The translations under genes and the position numbers were made by a program. A DNA stretch of 64,000 nt from Squalus acanthias (lineage: Eukaryota), in the NCBI GenBank assembly GCA_030390025.1, contig CM059432.1, positions 44,580,001 to 44,644,000 of the forward strand. Reading direction: 5' to 3'. This document shows positions 11,528 through 23,732 of the stretch, one piece after another. The notes beneath the pieces are model-generated. The model did not search any database. It was not told where the DNA came from and saw only the letters and a program-made list of their open reading frames with translations. Each line of letters begins with the position of its first letter. The stretch's first letter is position 1.

Positions 11528-14500
11528 GTTTGTTTTATTCGTTCCTGGGATGTGGGCATTGCTGGCAAGGCCTGCATTTATTGCCCATCCCTAATTGCCC
11601 TTGAGAAGGTGGTGGTGAGCCGCCTCTTGAACCGCTGCAGTCCGTGGGGTGAAGGTACTCCCACAGTGCTTTTAGGGAGGGCGTTCCAGGATTTGAACCC
11701 AGTGACAATGAAGGAACAGCGATATATTTCCAAGTCAGGATGGTGTGTAACTTGGAGGGGAACTTGCAGGTGGTGGTGTTCCCATGTGCCTGCTGCCCTT
11801 GTCCTTCTAGGTGGTAGATGTCACGGGTTTGGGAGGTGCTGTCGAAGAAGCCTTGACGAGTTGCTGCAGTGCATCTTGTAGATGGTACACACTGCAGCCA
11901 CGATGCACCGGTGGTGGAATGAGTGAATGTTTAAGGTAGTGATTGAGGTGCAGATCAAGCGGGCTGTTTTGTCCTGGATGGTGTCGAGCTTTTTGAGTGT
12001 TGTTGGAGCTGCACTCATCCAGGCAAGTGGAGAGTATTCCATCACTCCTGACTTGTACCTTGTAGATGGTGGAAAGGCTTTGGGGAGTCAGGAGGTGAGA
12101 CACTCGTCGCAGAATACCTAGCCTCTGACCTGCTCTTGTAGCCACAGTATTTATGTGGTTGGTCCAGTTGAGTTTCTGGTCAATGGTGACCCCCAGGATG
12201 TTGATGCTGGGGGATTCAGCGATGGTACTGCCGTTGAATGTCAAGTGGCAGTGGTTAGATTTTTTCTTGTTGGAGATAGTCATTGCCTGGCACTTGTGTG
12301 GCGCGAATGTTATTTGCCACTTATCAGCCCAAGCCTGAATGTTGTCCAGGTCTTGCTGCAGGTGGGCATGGACTTCTTCATTATCTAGGGTTTACAAATT
12401 GAACTGAACACTGTGCAATCATCAGCAAACATCCCCACTTCTGACCTTGTGATGGATGGAAGGTCATTGATGAAACAGCTGAAGATGGTTGGGCCTAGGA
12501 CACTGCCCTGAGGAACTTCTGCAGCGATGTCCTGGGGCTGAGATGATTGACCTCCAACAAACACAACCATCTTCCTTTGTGCTAGGTATGACTCCAGCCA
12601 ATGGAGAGTTTTCCCCCTAATTCCCATTGACTTCAATTTAACTAAGGCTCCTTGATGCCACTCTCGGTCAAATGCTGCCTTGGTGTCAAGGGCAGTCACT
12701 CTCACCCCACCTCTGGAATTCAGCTCTCTTGTCCATGTTTGGACCAAGACGGTAATGAGGTCTGGAGCTGAGTGGTCCTGGTGGAACCCAAACTGAGCAT
12801 CTGATTGGTGAGTAAGTGCCACTTGATAGCATTGTTGACAACACCTTCTATCACTTTGCTGATGATTGAGTGTAGACTGATGGGCCAGTAATTGACCGGA
12901 TTGGATTTGTCCTGCTTTTTGTGGACAGGACATACCTGGGCAGTTTTCCACATTGTCGGGTAGATGCCAGTGTTGTAGTTGTACTGGAACAGCTTGGCTA
13001 GAGGTGTGGCTAGTTCTGGAGCGCATGTCTTCAGCACGACAGACGGGATGTTATTGGGGCCCATAGCCTTTGCTGTATCCAGTGCGCTCAGCCATGTATT
13101 GATATCACGTAGAGTGAATCGAATTGGCTGAAGATTGACTTCTCTGATGGTGAGAACGTCAGAAGGAGGCCAATATGGATCATCAACTCGGCACTTCTGG
13201 CTGAAGATGGTTGCAAACGCTTCAGCCTTGTCTTCTGCATTCACGTGCTGGGCTCTGCCATCATTGAGGATGGGGATATTCATGGAGCCTCCTCCTCCAG
13301 TTAGTTGTTTAACTGTCCACCACCATTCACGACTGGATGTGGCAGGACTGCAGAGCTTTGATCTGATCTGTTGTTTGTGGGATCGCTTAGCTCTCTTTAT
13401 AGCATGCTGCTTTCACTGTTTAGCATGCATCTAATCCTGTATTGCAGCTTCCCTAGGTTGGCACCTCATTTTTAGGTACACCTGCTGCTGCTCCTGGCAT
13501 GCTCTTCTGCACTCCTCGTTGAACAGCATTGGTCCCCTGGCTTGATGGTAATGGTAGAGTGAGGGATATGCCAGGCCATGAGGTTACAGATTGTGGTGGA
13601 ATACAATTCTGCTGCTGCTGATGGCCCACAGTGCTTCATGGATGCCCAGTTTTGAGCTGCTAGATCTGTTCTGAACCTATCCCATTTAGCACGGTGGCAG
13701 TGCCACACAACATGATGGAGGGTGTCCTCAGTGTGAAGTCGGGTCTTCGTCTCCGCACGGTCTGTTCAATGGTCACTGCTACCATGGACAGATACATCTG
13801 CGACAGGTAGATTGGTGAGGTCGAGGTCAAGTAGGCTTTTTCTTCGTGTTGGTTCTCTCACCACCTGCCGTAGGCTCAATATGGCAGCTATGTCCTTCAG
13901 GACTCAGTCAGTAGTGGGGCTACCGAGCCACTCTTGGTGATGGACATTGAAGTCCCCCACCCAGAGTACATTCTGTGCCCTTGCTACCCTCAGTGCTTCT
14001 TCCAAGTGTTGTTCAACATGGAGGACTACTGATTCATCAGCTGAAGGAGGGCGTTAGGTGGTAATCAGCAGGAGATTTCCTTGCCCATGCTTGACCTGAA
14101 GCCATGAAACTTTATGGGGTCCAGAATCAATGTTGAGGATGCCCAGGACCACTCCCTCCCCACTGTATACCACTGTACCTCCACCTCTGGTTGGTCTGTC
14201 CTGCAGATGGAGGATTCTGGGACATTGGCTGAAAGATAAGATTCTGTGAGTATGACTATGTCAGGCTGTTGCTTGACTAGTCTGTGTGACAGCTCTCCCA
14301 ATTTTGGCACAAGTCACCAGATGTTAGTAAGGAGGACTTTGCAGGGTCGACTGGGCTGGGTGTGCCAGGTGGTCCGTCCGGTTTTATTCTTATTGTTTTC
14401 TGTAGTGGTTTGTTACAACCGAGTGGTTTGCTAGGCCATTTCAGAGGGCAGTTAAGAGTCAACCACATTGCTGTGGGTCTAGAGTCACTTATAGGCCAGA

Positions 14501-14705
14501 CCAGGTAAGGACAGCAGATTTCCTTCCCTATAGGACATTAATGAACCAGATGGGTTTTTACGACAATCACCATTACTGATATTAGCTTTTCATTCCAGAT
14601 TTATTTACTTAACTGAATTTAAATTCCCCAGCTGCTGTGGTGGGATTTGAACTCACGTCTCTGGATTATTAGTCCAGTAACAGAACCTCTATGCTACCGT
14701 TCCCG
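11528..14705 (-). mobile_element. Near full-length CR1-group LINE (APE endonuclease plus RT, frameshifted) with tRNA-like 5' head
   Basis: QQPDIVILTESYL (endonuclease N-terminus), KAMGPNNIP, AAFDREWH, QGSVLGP, MFADD; 3' end GGGCAATTAGGGATGGGCAATAAAT; 5' end has A/B boxes. Confidence 0.85.
14636..14705 (-). promoter_or_regulatory. tRNA-derived Pol III internal promoter (A box and B box)
   Basis: Minus strand: TAGCATAGAGG (A box), CTGGA-ctaataa-TCCAG anticodon-like arm, GAGTTCAAATCCC (B box). Confidence 0.7.
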
Positions 14706-15060
14706 GCTCCTGTTCACTTGTGAAGTGTGAGTTACCAGGTGAAAAGCCAAATATCTGTCTTACTGGTCCCACCAAAGTGTGAGTATCTAAGCTGGTGCAT
14801 GATCAGAATGAGTCCTGTGATGGTGCACCTTCAGAAGAACTCAGCTCCTCTGAGGACTCGTCGCCCGCCACATCCTCCGACTCCTGCTGCACGCGTGAAG
14901 GCCCTGTGGGAGGTAAAAGAGATGAATTAATCCTGCAAGGTAAGAATGTTGCAAGTTATCATTATGAAGATGATCCTATTTCACTCGCTGTTGAAACCAA
15001 GTCAACATGATTGAGTGCTGTATGACATGTGGGTGGTATTTATTTAATTATAGAGTCATA

Positions 15061-15833
15061 GGGGGAAAAATTCACCTGCTTGCGCCTCCCGTTAGCGCCT
15101 TAAGAGGGCGCTAATGGGGCGTAAAGCAGCTAACGCCCGGGCGCAGCGCCGCCCACGCCTCCCGAAAAATTTAGTGGGAGGTTAGCGGCGGCGGCAGCCG
15201 GTAGCGCCCTGTGGCGCTGCGCCGCCGGCGATGACGTCATCGCCGTGCGCAGTGCCCCGCTCGCGCCCCGGCCGTGATCTTCAGTCGCGCCCCCTGATTT
15301 ACCGCCAGACGCTATGTCCGACGGGTTCAGGGGAGCGTACGTGCGGCCGGGGCGGCGATATTTAAAGGGGAGGTGGCAGGCGGCCATTTTTGTTGCTGGC
15401 CGCCTGCCAGCACCTGCCCCCGTTGCTGTCCCCGGCCCCCGTGAAGCCCCCCCACCGTGAAGTGCCGGCTGCGCTCCAAGAGCCCGGCACTTCTCTTGAG
15501 TGCCGGGCTCTTTTGCCGGCACTCCCGATCCCTGGAGGCCCAGCTGGGCCCCGGTTCGCGCTGCGCAAGGCCCCTCCCCTTTAAGAAGGGGAGGAAGGCC
15601 TGCAATACCGCGGCGCGACGTGCCGCAGCGCATGGCGCTGCGGCACGTAGCGCCAGGATATTCACTCGCAGCGCCCCAAGAGGGATGCGGGGTGCTTCCA
15701 GTGGCGCCCCGCTTCCCTCTTGGGGCGCAACCACTGAAGTTCCGGCGCGGGGCCGCTAATTTTTTCGGGGCGCTAAAAGTCGCGCCCCGGCGAGGTTAGC
15801 GCCCCAAATGGGGCGCGACTCAATTTTTACCCC
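15061..15833. mobile_element. GC-rich PIF/Harbinger MITE related to the 890-bp family
   Basis: TIR GGGGGAAAAATT / AATTTTTACCCC; TSD ATA; shares CCCGTTAGCGCCTTAAGAGGGCGCTAATGGGGCG with 1323-2211 but has a different core. Confidence 0.8.
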
Positions 15834-16617
15834 ATAGAGTCATAACGGCACAGAAGGAGGCCATTCAGCCCATCGAGTCTGTGCTGGCTCTCTGCAGAGC
15901 AATCGAGTCAGTCCCATTCCCCTGCTCTATCCCCGTAGCCCTGCAAGTTTATTTCCCTCAAGTGCCTATCCAGTCTCCCCTTGAAAACATTGAGTGTCTC
16001 CGCTTCCACCACTTCCGTCAGCAGCGAGTTCCAGGTCCTCACCACTCGCTATGTAAAAAAGTTTTTCGCCACATCCCCCTTGTATCTCTTGCCCAAAACC
16101 TTAAATCTGTGTCCCCTAGTCCTTATACAATCAACTAGTGGGAACAGCCTTTCCCCGTCTAGCCTATCCAAACCCGTCATAATCTTGTACAACTCGAGCA
16201 AATCATCCCTCTACCTTCTTTGCTCTAATGAAAACAAATCCAGCTTCTCCAACCTGTCCTTGTAGCTAAGATCCCCCATTCCCCGGAACCATTCTGGTAA
16301 ATCTCCTCTGCACCCCTTCAAGGGCCTTCACATCCTTCCTAAAATGTGGCGACCAGAACTGGATGCAATACTCCAGTTGTGGCCAAACCAGCGCTTTATA
16401 AAGATTCAGCATAACTTCTCTACTTTTGTACTCAATACCTCTATTTATGAAGCCCAAGATCCCATATGCTTTGTTGACCACTTTCTCAATATATCCTGCC
16501 ACCTTCAGGGACCTGTGCACATTAACTCCCAGGTCCTTCTGTCCCTGCACACTCTTTAAAACTGTGCCATTAAGTGTATATTGCCTCTCCCTGTTCCTTC
16601 TGCCAAAATGCATCATG
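15834..16617 (-). mobile_element. CR1 LINE 3' fragment
   Basis: MHFGRRNRERQY...PQLEYCIQFWSP; (TATGACTC)n-type tail split by the MITE at 15061. Confidence 0.9.
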
Positions 16618-17560
16618 TCATCAAGTAGCTGGGAGCTCCCGTCTCCCCATCTCCAACAGCCAGGGACGCTGAAACTCCACTTATTTCCAGCGCCTCTTCC
16701 ACTGCCGTTGTGAGCTGCATGATCTGCGGAGGGCCCCCTCCGGTTCTCTCCCTCTCCCTGGTGTTCTGTGCTTTCTTCGCCTGCAAGGAGGGAAAGAACA
16801 GACCTATGAGTGAGGTAATGGCATGTGTTCATCGGATGGATGGAGTGTATTTGGTGAGGGTGACTATGAGGGAAAGGCATGACATTGCATAACAATAAGG
16901 GTGAGTGGGAGTGAGGGATGGATAGATGGGGATGTGAGGAAGTGCATTGAAAGAGAAGGATGCAAGTTTAGTGGATGTGATGGAGTAGGCTTGACGTGGG
17001 GTGATGCGCACAGTAGGATGTAGATGAATGTGCCACTGTACTCACCTTTCCTGACCTGCTTAGGTCATTTAACCTCTTCCTACACTGAATCCAGGAGCAT
17101 GGCACCACGCTTGTGCTGCTGACCTCCTCCGCAACCTACAACCACACCTTTTTGGTCACAGTTTCAGGCTTCTTCCTCCCATTGCTAGGGAAGAGTATCT
17201 CTCTCCTACTCCTCACAGCCCCCAGCAGCACATCCAGGGAGGCATGAGTGAAACGGGGAGCAGCCTTTGCCTGTCTAGACTCCATTCTGACACTTGCTTC
17301 TCTCTTCTTCCCAACTCCAAACTCCTTCAACTTGCATGTTTGGATTGTCTCCTCAAATACTAGAGTTGAGATTGCATCATGCTGGTCCACATCACGCCTG
17401 CTGCCGCTGATTGGATGGGAAACCCGGAAGTAAAATGCTAATAAGCTGGCTCAGTTAAAAAGCCACTGACAGAGGCGCTGAACTTACTTCCAGGTTTCCT
17501 GCATGTTATCAGACACCCACCCCCTCGCTCCCAGCGCGTCGCAAACTTAAAGTCAGGGCC
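16618..17560 (-). mobile_element. Harbinger remnant with Myb/SANT-like exons 1-2
   Basis: AAPRFTHASLDVLLGAVRSRREILFPSNGRK...WL, followed by WIQCRKRLNDL and a GTGAG donor; ends in ...GGGCCC. Confidence 0.75.
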
Positions 17561-19095
17561 CATGAGTCTGTAAAAGGCATAGGTATGGCCACAACTGGAG
17601 GACTGTGTACAATTCTCGTCATCAGATTGCAGCAAGGATATTATTTAAGCAGTAATGATTCTTTAGGGAATAGATAAATTGAATTCTAATGCTATGTTCG
17701 AGATTGCCACAAACTCTTGAACCAGGCAACACAGACTCAAGCTTCGAAGAGGGAATGTGCACAGACAGTGTAAATGTAACTACATCATGCAGAGAGTGGT
17801 GAATAGACAGGAGATAGACAGTGTGGAAAAATGTAAGTGAGAATTAGATAGATATTTGAGGGAGTAGGAGATTGAGCGGTATTAGTTTCTGGGATCAGCC
17901 AGGTGGAATGTAAAATTTATTCTGGTCCTGGACCTTCCTTTATTTCTATGTTCCTTCTGAGGATGCCATCCTGAGTATCTTTGTCTATAAGAGCATTGAG
18001 AGAGTAGGGGAAGGTGAAGACAGACATATTTTCCAAGATCAGGGATAGTAGCTATTGTGCTTATTAGGACCAACTCATACATTCAGGTATACTGATCCTG
18101 CTGGTGCCAATAAGGCAAGACGTCAGGCTTGTTTCTTACCTGAAATGTACAGAGCATAACTCTGTGGCTAAGCTGCAAAATTAATAGCAGAGACTGATTG
18201 CATCTTTCTTGCAATTCCCTTATTAAATTATTGAAATTTATGCTAAATTATTAAAAGGGCCTTTGCAATTTCCTCCCTCAACTCCTTCAGGATCTCAGGA
18301 GGTATCCCGTCATGCCCTGGTGCTTTGTCTTCCTTTAGCCTAACTAAATTATCAAAAAAATTTCCAGCAAATTTGCGGTAATAGTGTGGAGGATGAATTC
18401 ATGGAATGTATGCAAGATAGTTTTCTAGATCAGTATGTTGAGGAACCAACTAGGCAACAGGCTATTTTAGATCTAGTATTGTGCAATGAGAAAGGGTTAA
18501 TTAATAACCTTATAGTAAAGGGGCCTTTAGGGAAGAGTGACCATAATATGATAGAATTTTATATTGAGTTTGAAAGTGATTTAGTTAAATCCAAAACTAG
18601 GGTCTTAAATCTAAACAAAGCAAACTACGTAGGAATGAGAGACGAGTTGGCAAAGGTAGATTGGGAAACTACATTAAAAGGTATGATGGTAGAGAAACAA
18701 TTGCTAGCATTTAAAGAATTAATACATAATTTACAACAAATATATATACCTTTATGGCACAAAAATCCGACAGGAAAAGTGGTCCAACCGTGGCTAACAA
18801 GAGAAGTTAAAGATAGAATTAGATCAAAGAAAGAGGCTAATAATGTTGCTAAAAAGAGTAGTATGCCTGAGAATTGGGAGGATTTTTGAATTCAGCAAAG
18901 GAGGACCAAGAAATGCAGAAAGAAAGGCAAAATAGAATATGAGAGTAAACTAGCGAGTGACATAAAAACAGACTGTAAAAGCTTCTATAGGTATGTAAAA
19001 AGGAAAAGATTAGCGAAAGTAAATGTGGGTCCCTTATAGGCTGAGAGAGGAGAAATTATAATAAGGAAATGGCAGAGAAATTAAACAAATACTTT

Positions 19096-20169
19096 GGCAG
19101 CGAATTTGCCGGTGCCCAGAGGGCGGGTTTGGAGGCGGGTCTGCTGTCAAAATAGCAAAGATTGACAGTGGGTAGGAAACCTGCTGTCAACCCGCCTCCA
19201 CGCGAGTCTCCCAGATGTCGGGTCTGTCAGCGGAGAACTGACCTCACACCAAGTGGCGGGGGATACAATTCAGCTTGTTAAATGGCTTATTAAGAGCCAA
19301 TTTAAGACTATTATGATGCTTCCTTCAAATTTTACGTTCTTCCCCACGTGTAACCACTGTTCGGGGAACACGCCAGCTCAACCTGGCGAGTTTGGAGTCT
19401 GCTCTGATGTTTCTGTGATGTGGAGATGCCGGTGTTGGACTGGGGTGGACAAATGTGAGAAGTCGCACAACACCAGGTTATAGTCCAACAGTTTTATTTG
19501 AAATCACAAGCTTTCAGAGCGCTGCTCCTTCGTCAGGTGAAGTCAGCTTCGAAAGCTTGTGATTTCAAATAAAACTGTTGGACTATAACCTGGTGTTGTG
19601 CGACTTCTCACTGATATTTCTGATAAGCTGACAGCTGCAGAATTGGTGGAAAGGATGCCATGTTGCAGATGGTGAGTTTCAGAGTGCAGGAAATGTTGGT
19701 TACTGCATTTTTTATACATATACATATAGAGATTTCTTTAGCTTACAGGTTTTTAGCTCCAATAATATGTCCAGTTCCACCTCATTGGGAGAACCTCTCT
19801 CACCATTGACAGATCGCTTCTGTCATCGCAACTGCAGCTGCCATCTATTGCAGCAACATCGGTACCCTTGAAAAAATCAGACCTTGGTCCTCCGAATCCT
19901 TCCACGATCAGCCCCAACACCAACATCACCATGCACACAACATCACCAACAACATCACCAGCCTTCTCCGCCATCACCTGATGCTGCACAGGACACAGGG
20001 CATCAGTCCCTGACAACATTGCTGCCCGGGAGGCTATCACCATGGCCAGATTTTCTTCACTTGACGCTGTAAACCTTGGCTGCCACATGATGCGCCAGGT
20101 TGACCAGCTCTCCCGCCACCATCCCGCCACCATCCCACCATCCCGCCTCCTGCAATAAAATTTGCGGCC
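19096..20169 (+). mobile_element. Non-autonomous Harbinger deletion derivative
   Basis: TIR GGCAGCGAATTT / AAATTTGCGGCC; TSD TTT splits the CR1 sequence LNKYF|VSVF; internally homologous to 26443-28221. Confidence 0.85.
19416..19610. mobile_element. Penelope-like palindromic mini-element, family B, with hammerhead motif (minus strand 19504-19540)
   Basis: Inverted arms; TSD CTGATRTTTCTG at 19404-19415 and 19611-19622; empty site in the paralogous element at about 26750. Confidence 0.85.
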
Positions 20170-22189
20170 TTTGTGTCTGTCTTCACGGAAGAAGACGCAA
20201 AAAACTTCCCGGAAATAGTGGAGAACCAAGGGTCGAGCGAGAATGGGGAACTGAAAGAAATTAGTATTCGTAAAAAAATAGTACTGGAGAAATTAATGGG
20301 ACTGAAAGCTGAGAAATCCCCTGGACCTGATGGCCTACATCCTCGGGTTTTGAAAAAAGTGGCTTTAGAGATAGTGGATGCATTGGTTGTCATTTTCCAA
20401 AATTCCATAGATTCTAGATAGGTTCCCGTGGATTGGAAGGTAGCAAATGTAACCCCACTATTTTAAGAAAGGAGGGAGAGAGAAAACAGGGAACTATAGA
20501 CCAGTTAGCCTGACATCAGTAGCAGGGAAAGTGCTAGAATCTATCATTAAGGACGTGGTAACAGGGCACTTAGAAAATAATAATAGGATTGGGCAGAGTC
20601 AACACGGATTTATGAAAGGGAAATCGTGTTTGACAAATCGGTTAGAGGTTTTTGAGGTTGCAACTAGCAGAATAGATAAGCAGGATCCAGTGGAGGTGAT
20701 GTATTTGGATTTTCAGAAGGCATTCGATAAGGTGCCACACAAGAGGTTATTAAACAAAATTAGGGCTCATGGAATTGGGGGTAATATACCAGCATGGATT
20801 GAGGATTGGTTAAAGGACAGAAAACAGAGAGTAGGAATAAACGGGTCATTTTTGGGTTGGCAGGCTGTAACTAGTGGGGTACCACAAGGATCAGTGCTTG
20901 GGCCTCAGCTATTCACAATCTATATCAATGATTTGGATGAGGGGACCAAATGTAATATATCCAAATTTGTTGATGATACAAAGCTGGGTGGGAATGTAAG
21001 TTGTGAGGAGGATGCAAAGAGGCTTCAAGGGGATATAGATAAGCTAAGTGAGTGGGCAAGAACATGGCAAATGGAATATAATATAGAGAAATGTGAAGTT
21101 ATCCACTTTGGTAGGAAAAATAGAAAAGCAGAGTATTTTTTAAATGGTGAGAGATTGGGAAATGTTGGTGTTCAGAGGGACCTGGGTGTCCTTGTACACA
21201 AATCACTGAAAGTTAACATGCAGGTACAGCAAGCAATTAGGAAAACAAATGGTATGTTGGCCTTTATTACAAGAGGATTCGAGTATAAAAGTAAAGACGT
21301 CTTTCTGCAATGATATAGGGCCCTGGTGAGACCACACCTGGAGTATTGTGTACAGTTTTTATCTCCTTACCTAAGGAAGGATATACTTGCCATAGAGGGA
21401 GTGCAACGAAGGATCACCAGACTGGTTCCTGGGATGGGGGGATTGTCCTATGAGGAGAGATTGAGTAGACTAGGCCTATATTCTCTAGAGTTTAGAGGAA
21501 TGAGAGGTGATCTCATTGAAACATACAAAATTCTTACAGGGCTTGACAGGGTAGATGCAGGAAGGATGTTTCCCCTGGTTGGGGAGTCTAGAACCAGGGG
21601 TCACAGTCTCAGAGTAAGGGGTCGGCCATTTAGTACTGAGATGAAGAGAAATTTCTTTACTTAGAGGGTGGTGAATCTTTGGAATTCTCTACCCCAGAGG
21701 GCTGTGGAGGTGCAGTCGTTGAGTATATTCAAGGCAGAGATCGATAGATTTTTGGATATTAGGGGAATCAAGGGATATGGGGATAGTGCAGGAAAGTGGA
21801 GTTGAGGTAGAAGACCAGCCATGATCTTATTGAATGGCGGAGCAGGCTCAAGGGGCCAAATGGCCTACTCCTGCTCCTATTTCTTATGTTCTTATCATAA
21901 TATTGCTCATCTCACTCAACAACTTCATGATTTATCTCGTCTCCAATATTCTTCTCTTTAGTTAAGACCAATGCAAAGTACTTATTAAATACTGCTACCA
22001 TTTTTAGATCATCATCTATAAATTACCAATCCATTCCTTTCAGGGTTTACATCTAGCTTTTAACATTTCTCTTTCTACTGATATATTTGTAAAACACATC
22101 CTTGTTCCTTTTGATGTTTTTTGAAATGTTTTCCTCACATAACTAAAATGTTCAACTTCTATGCTACTGGTCTTTCGAGGAACAGCAGG

Positions 22190-22800
22190 GGAAAATGCCA
22201 GATTTCTAAACCAGCAGTGCAGTGATGCAGGTGACGGATATTGTGTTTACCAGGACTAACACCTTGAATAATTTCTCCATCTAAAGCAATCAGCAGCACC
22301 AGAGAGCACTGCACTTTTTGAGGGTATGCACGTGGCCATATCCACTACCAATCCCACATTCTTCATGTACAGCAAAAGGTTCCACTCCATTAATGTGCAG
22401 CTGGTTCATGTCTATAACCACAAAATTATACACATGAATGTCTGTTACCATGGCAGCAGTTATCACTCCTTTATTTTATGGCAATCTTTTAAGGAGAAGG
22501 AAGATTGGATGATTATTGCTTCGGGACTAAACATATTTTCTATTGCTCTGACATGACTCCTTTGAGGCAGCCACAAACCAGAGCTGAAGAGTGATATAAT
22601 GAAGCACAAATGGCCACCAGGATCCTCGCTAGAACGTTGAAAATAAAGATTCAGATGCGTGAACAGATCAAGAGCGTGCTATAGTATAGCTTCATCAAGA
22701 TCGCAAAGATTATTGTACTCTGCACAACTTCATCATACAAAGACACATTACCATGGAGGTGGAAGAGGAGGCCAACCAATCATGGCTAATTGTGCCCAAT
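22190..22800 (+). pseudogene. Highly decayed Harbinger (HARBI1-like) transposase
   Basis: HVAI...KRFHSINVQLV...HGSSYHSFILWQS aligns to 33230-33949. Confidence 0.7.
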
Positions 22801-22942
22801 TATTTAGCCCACAACACTAACCCACCATTGGCTTTTTATTCTACCCCATCCCAAGTGGACTTACAGTACAAAGTTAAAATAAAATCTGTCCATTTTATTC
22901 TGCCTAATACTGTCAGGTGCAAATATGCTCAGTACATCTTAC

Positions 22943-23060
22943 ACATAGAAACATAGAAACTAGGAGCAGGAGTAGGCCATTCGGCCCGTCGAGCCTGCTC
23001 CACCATTCAATACAATCATGGCTGATCATCCAAATCCAGTACCCTGTCCCTGCTTTCCCA
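22943..23060 (-). mobile_element. CR1 3' UTR/tail fragment
   Basis: ACATAGAAACATAGAAA..GGAGTAGGCCATTCGGCCC matches the tails at 8243 and 50380. Confidence 0.8.
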
Positions 23061-23732
23061 CACAGAATCCCCATCGAGCCTGCACCGACACATATCCCAC
23101 CCTATCCCCACGTATTTAATTCCCCCTAACATATCCCATCCTATCCCCGTAACCCCAAATATTTAATCCCCCCCTAACACTAAGGGTCAATTTTATCATA
23201 GCCATGCATGTCTTCTACTACTTAAACTAGCACTCCAATTCAGCAATTGTTGAATGGGAGGGGAAAGTGTGATGTCTGTTTGCTGGGTGTCAGTGCGTTC
23301 CTCTCAGGATGGAAGTGTTCCAATGCTTTTCCTGCAAGTAAATACAGTACAAATATTGGAAATTGGAAGAGGAAAGAAAGAAAGAAAGACAGATTTGGTT
23401 TACATGCCATTTGGCATGTGGTGGTAGTGTACTTGGTGGTCTTAAAATGACAGATTTATGTGTGACATTTGAAGCATATTTGTGTACTAGCTAAATGGCC
23501 TTGCAGCAACATAGGCATGTATATGTATGATTCAATCAGATCAGCCACTGTTGATGGGCACTGTCCTTGCAATGCCCTCACCACGCACATGGAGTACACT
23601 GGAGGAGGCTACATCCCTGCTTCATGAGACTATGCAAGATTTACATGCCGTTGTGCAGTCAAATTATGATGAAATACATAGTCACCTGACCATACTGAAC
23701 AATTCGCCATGCACAGTTAATGGAGTTGATTG

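Larger units (their letters stand above)
18360..21895 (+). mobile_element. CR1 LINE, 5'-truncated, interrupted by a Harbinger derivative
   Basis: ORFs 18386-18889, 20173-20421, 20531-21313 (KFVDD) and 21326-21664; tail TTCTTATGTTCTTAT. Confidence 0.92.

Noticed and set aside
14636..14705. Functional tRNA gene
   Set aside because: No convincing acceptor stem or terminator; it continues into retroelement sequence
15130..15799. Overlapping GC-rich ORFs or a gene-associated CpG island
   Set aside because: Lies wholly within a TIR/TSD-bounded MITE; stop-codon scarcity reflects GC content
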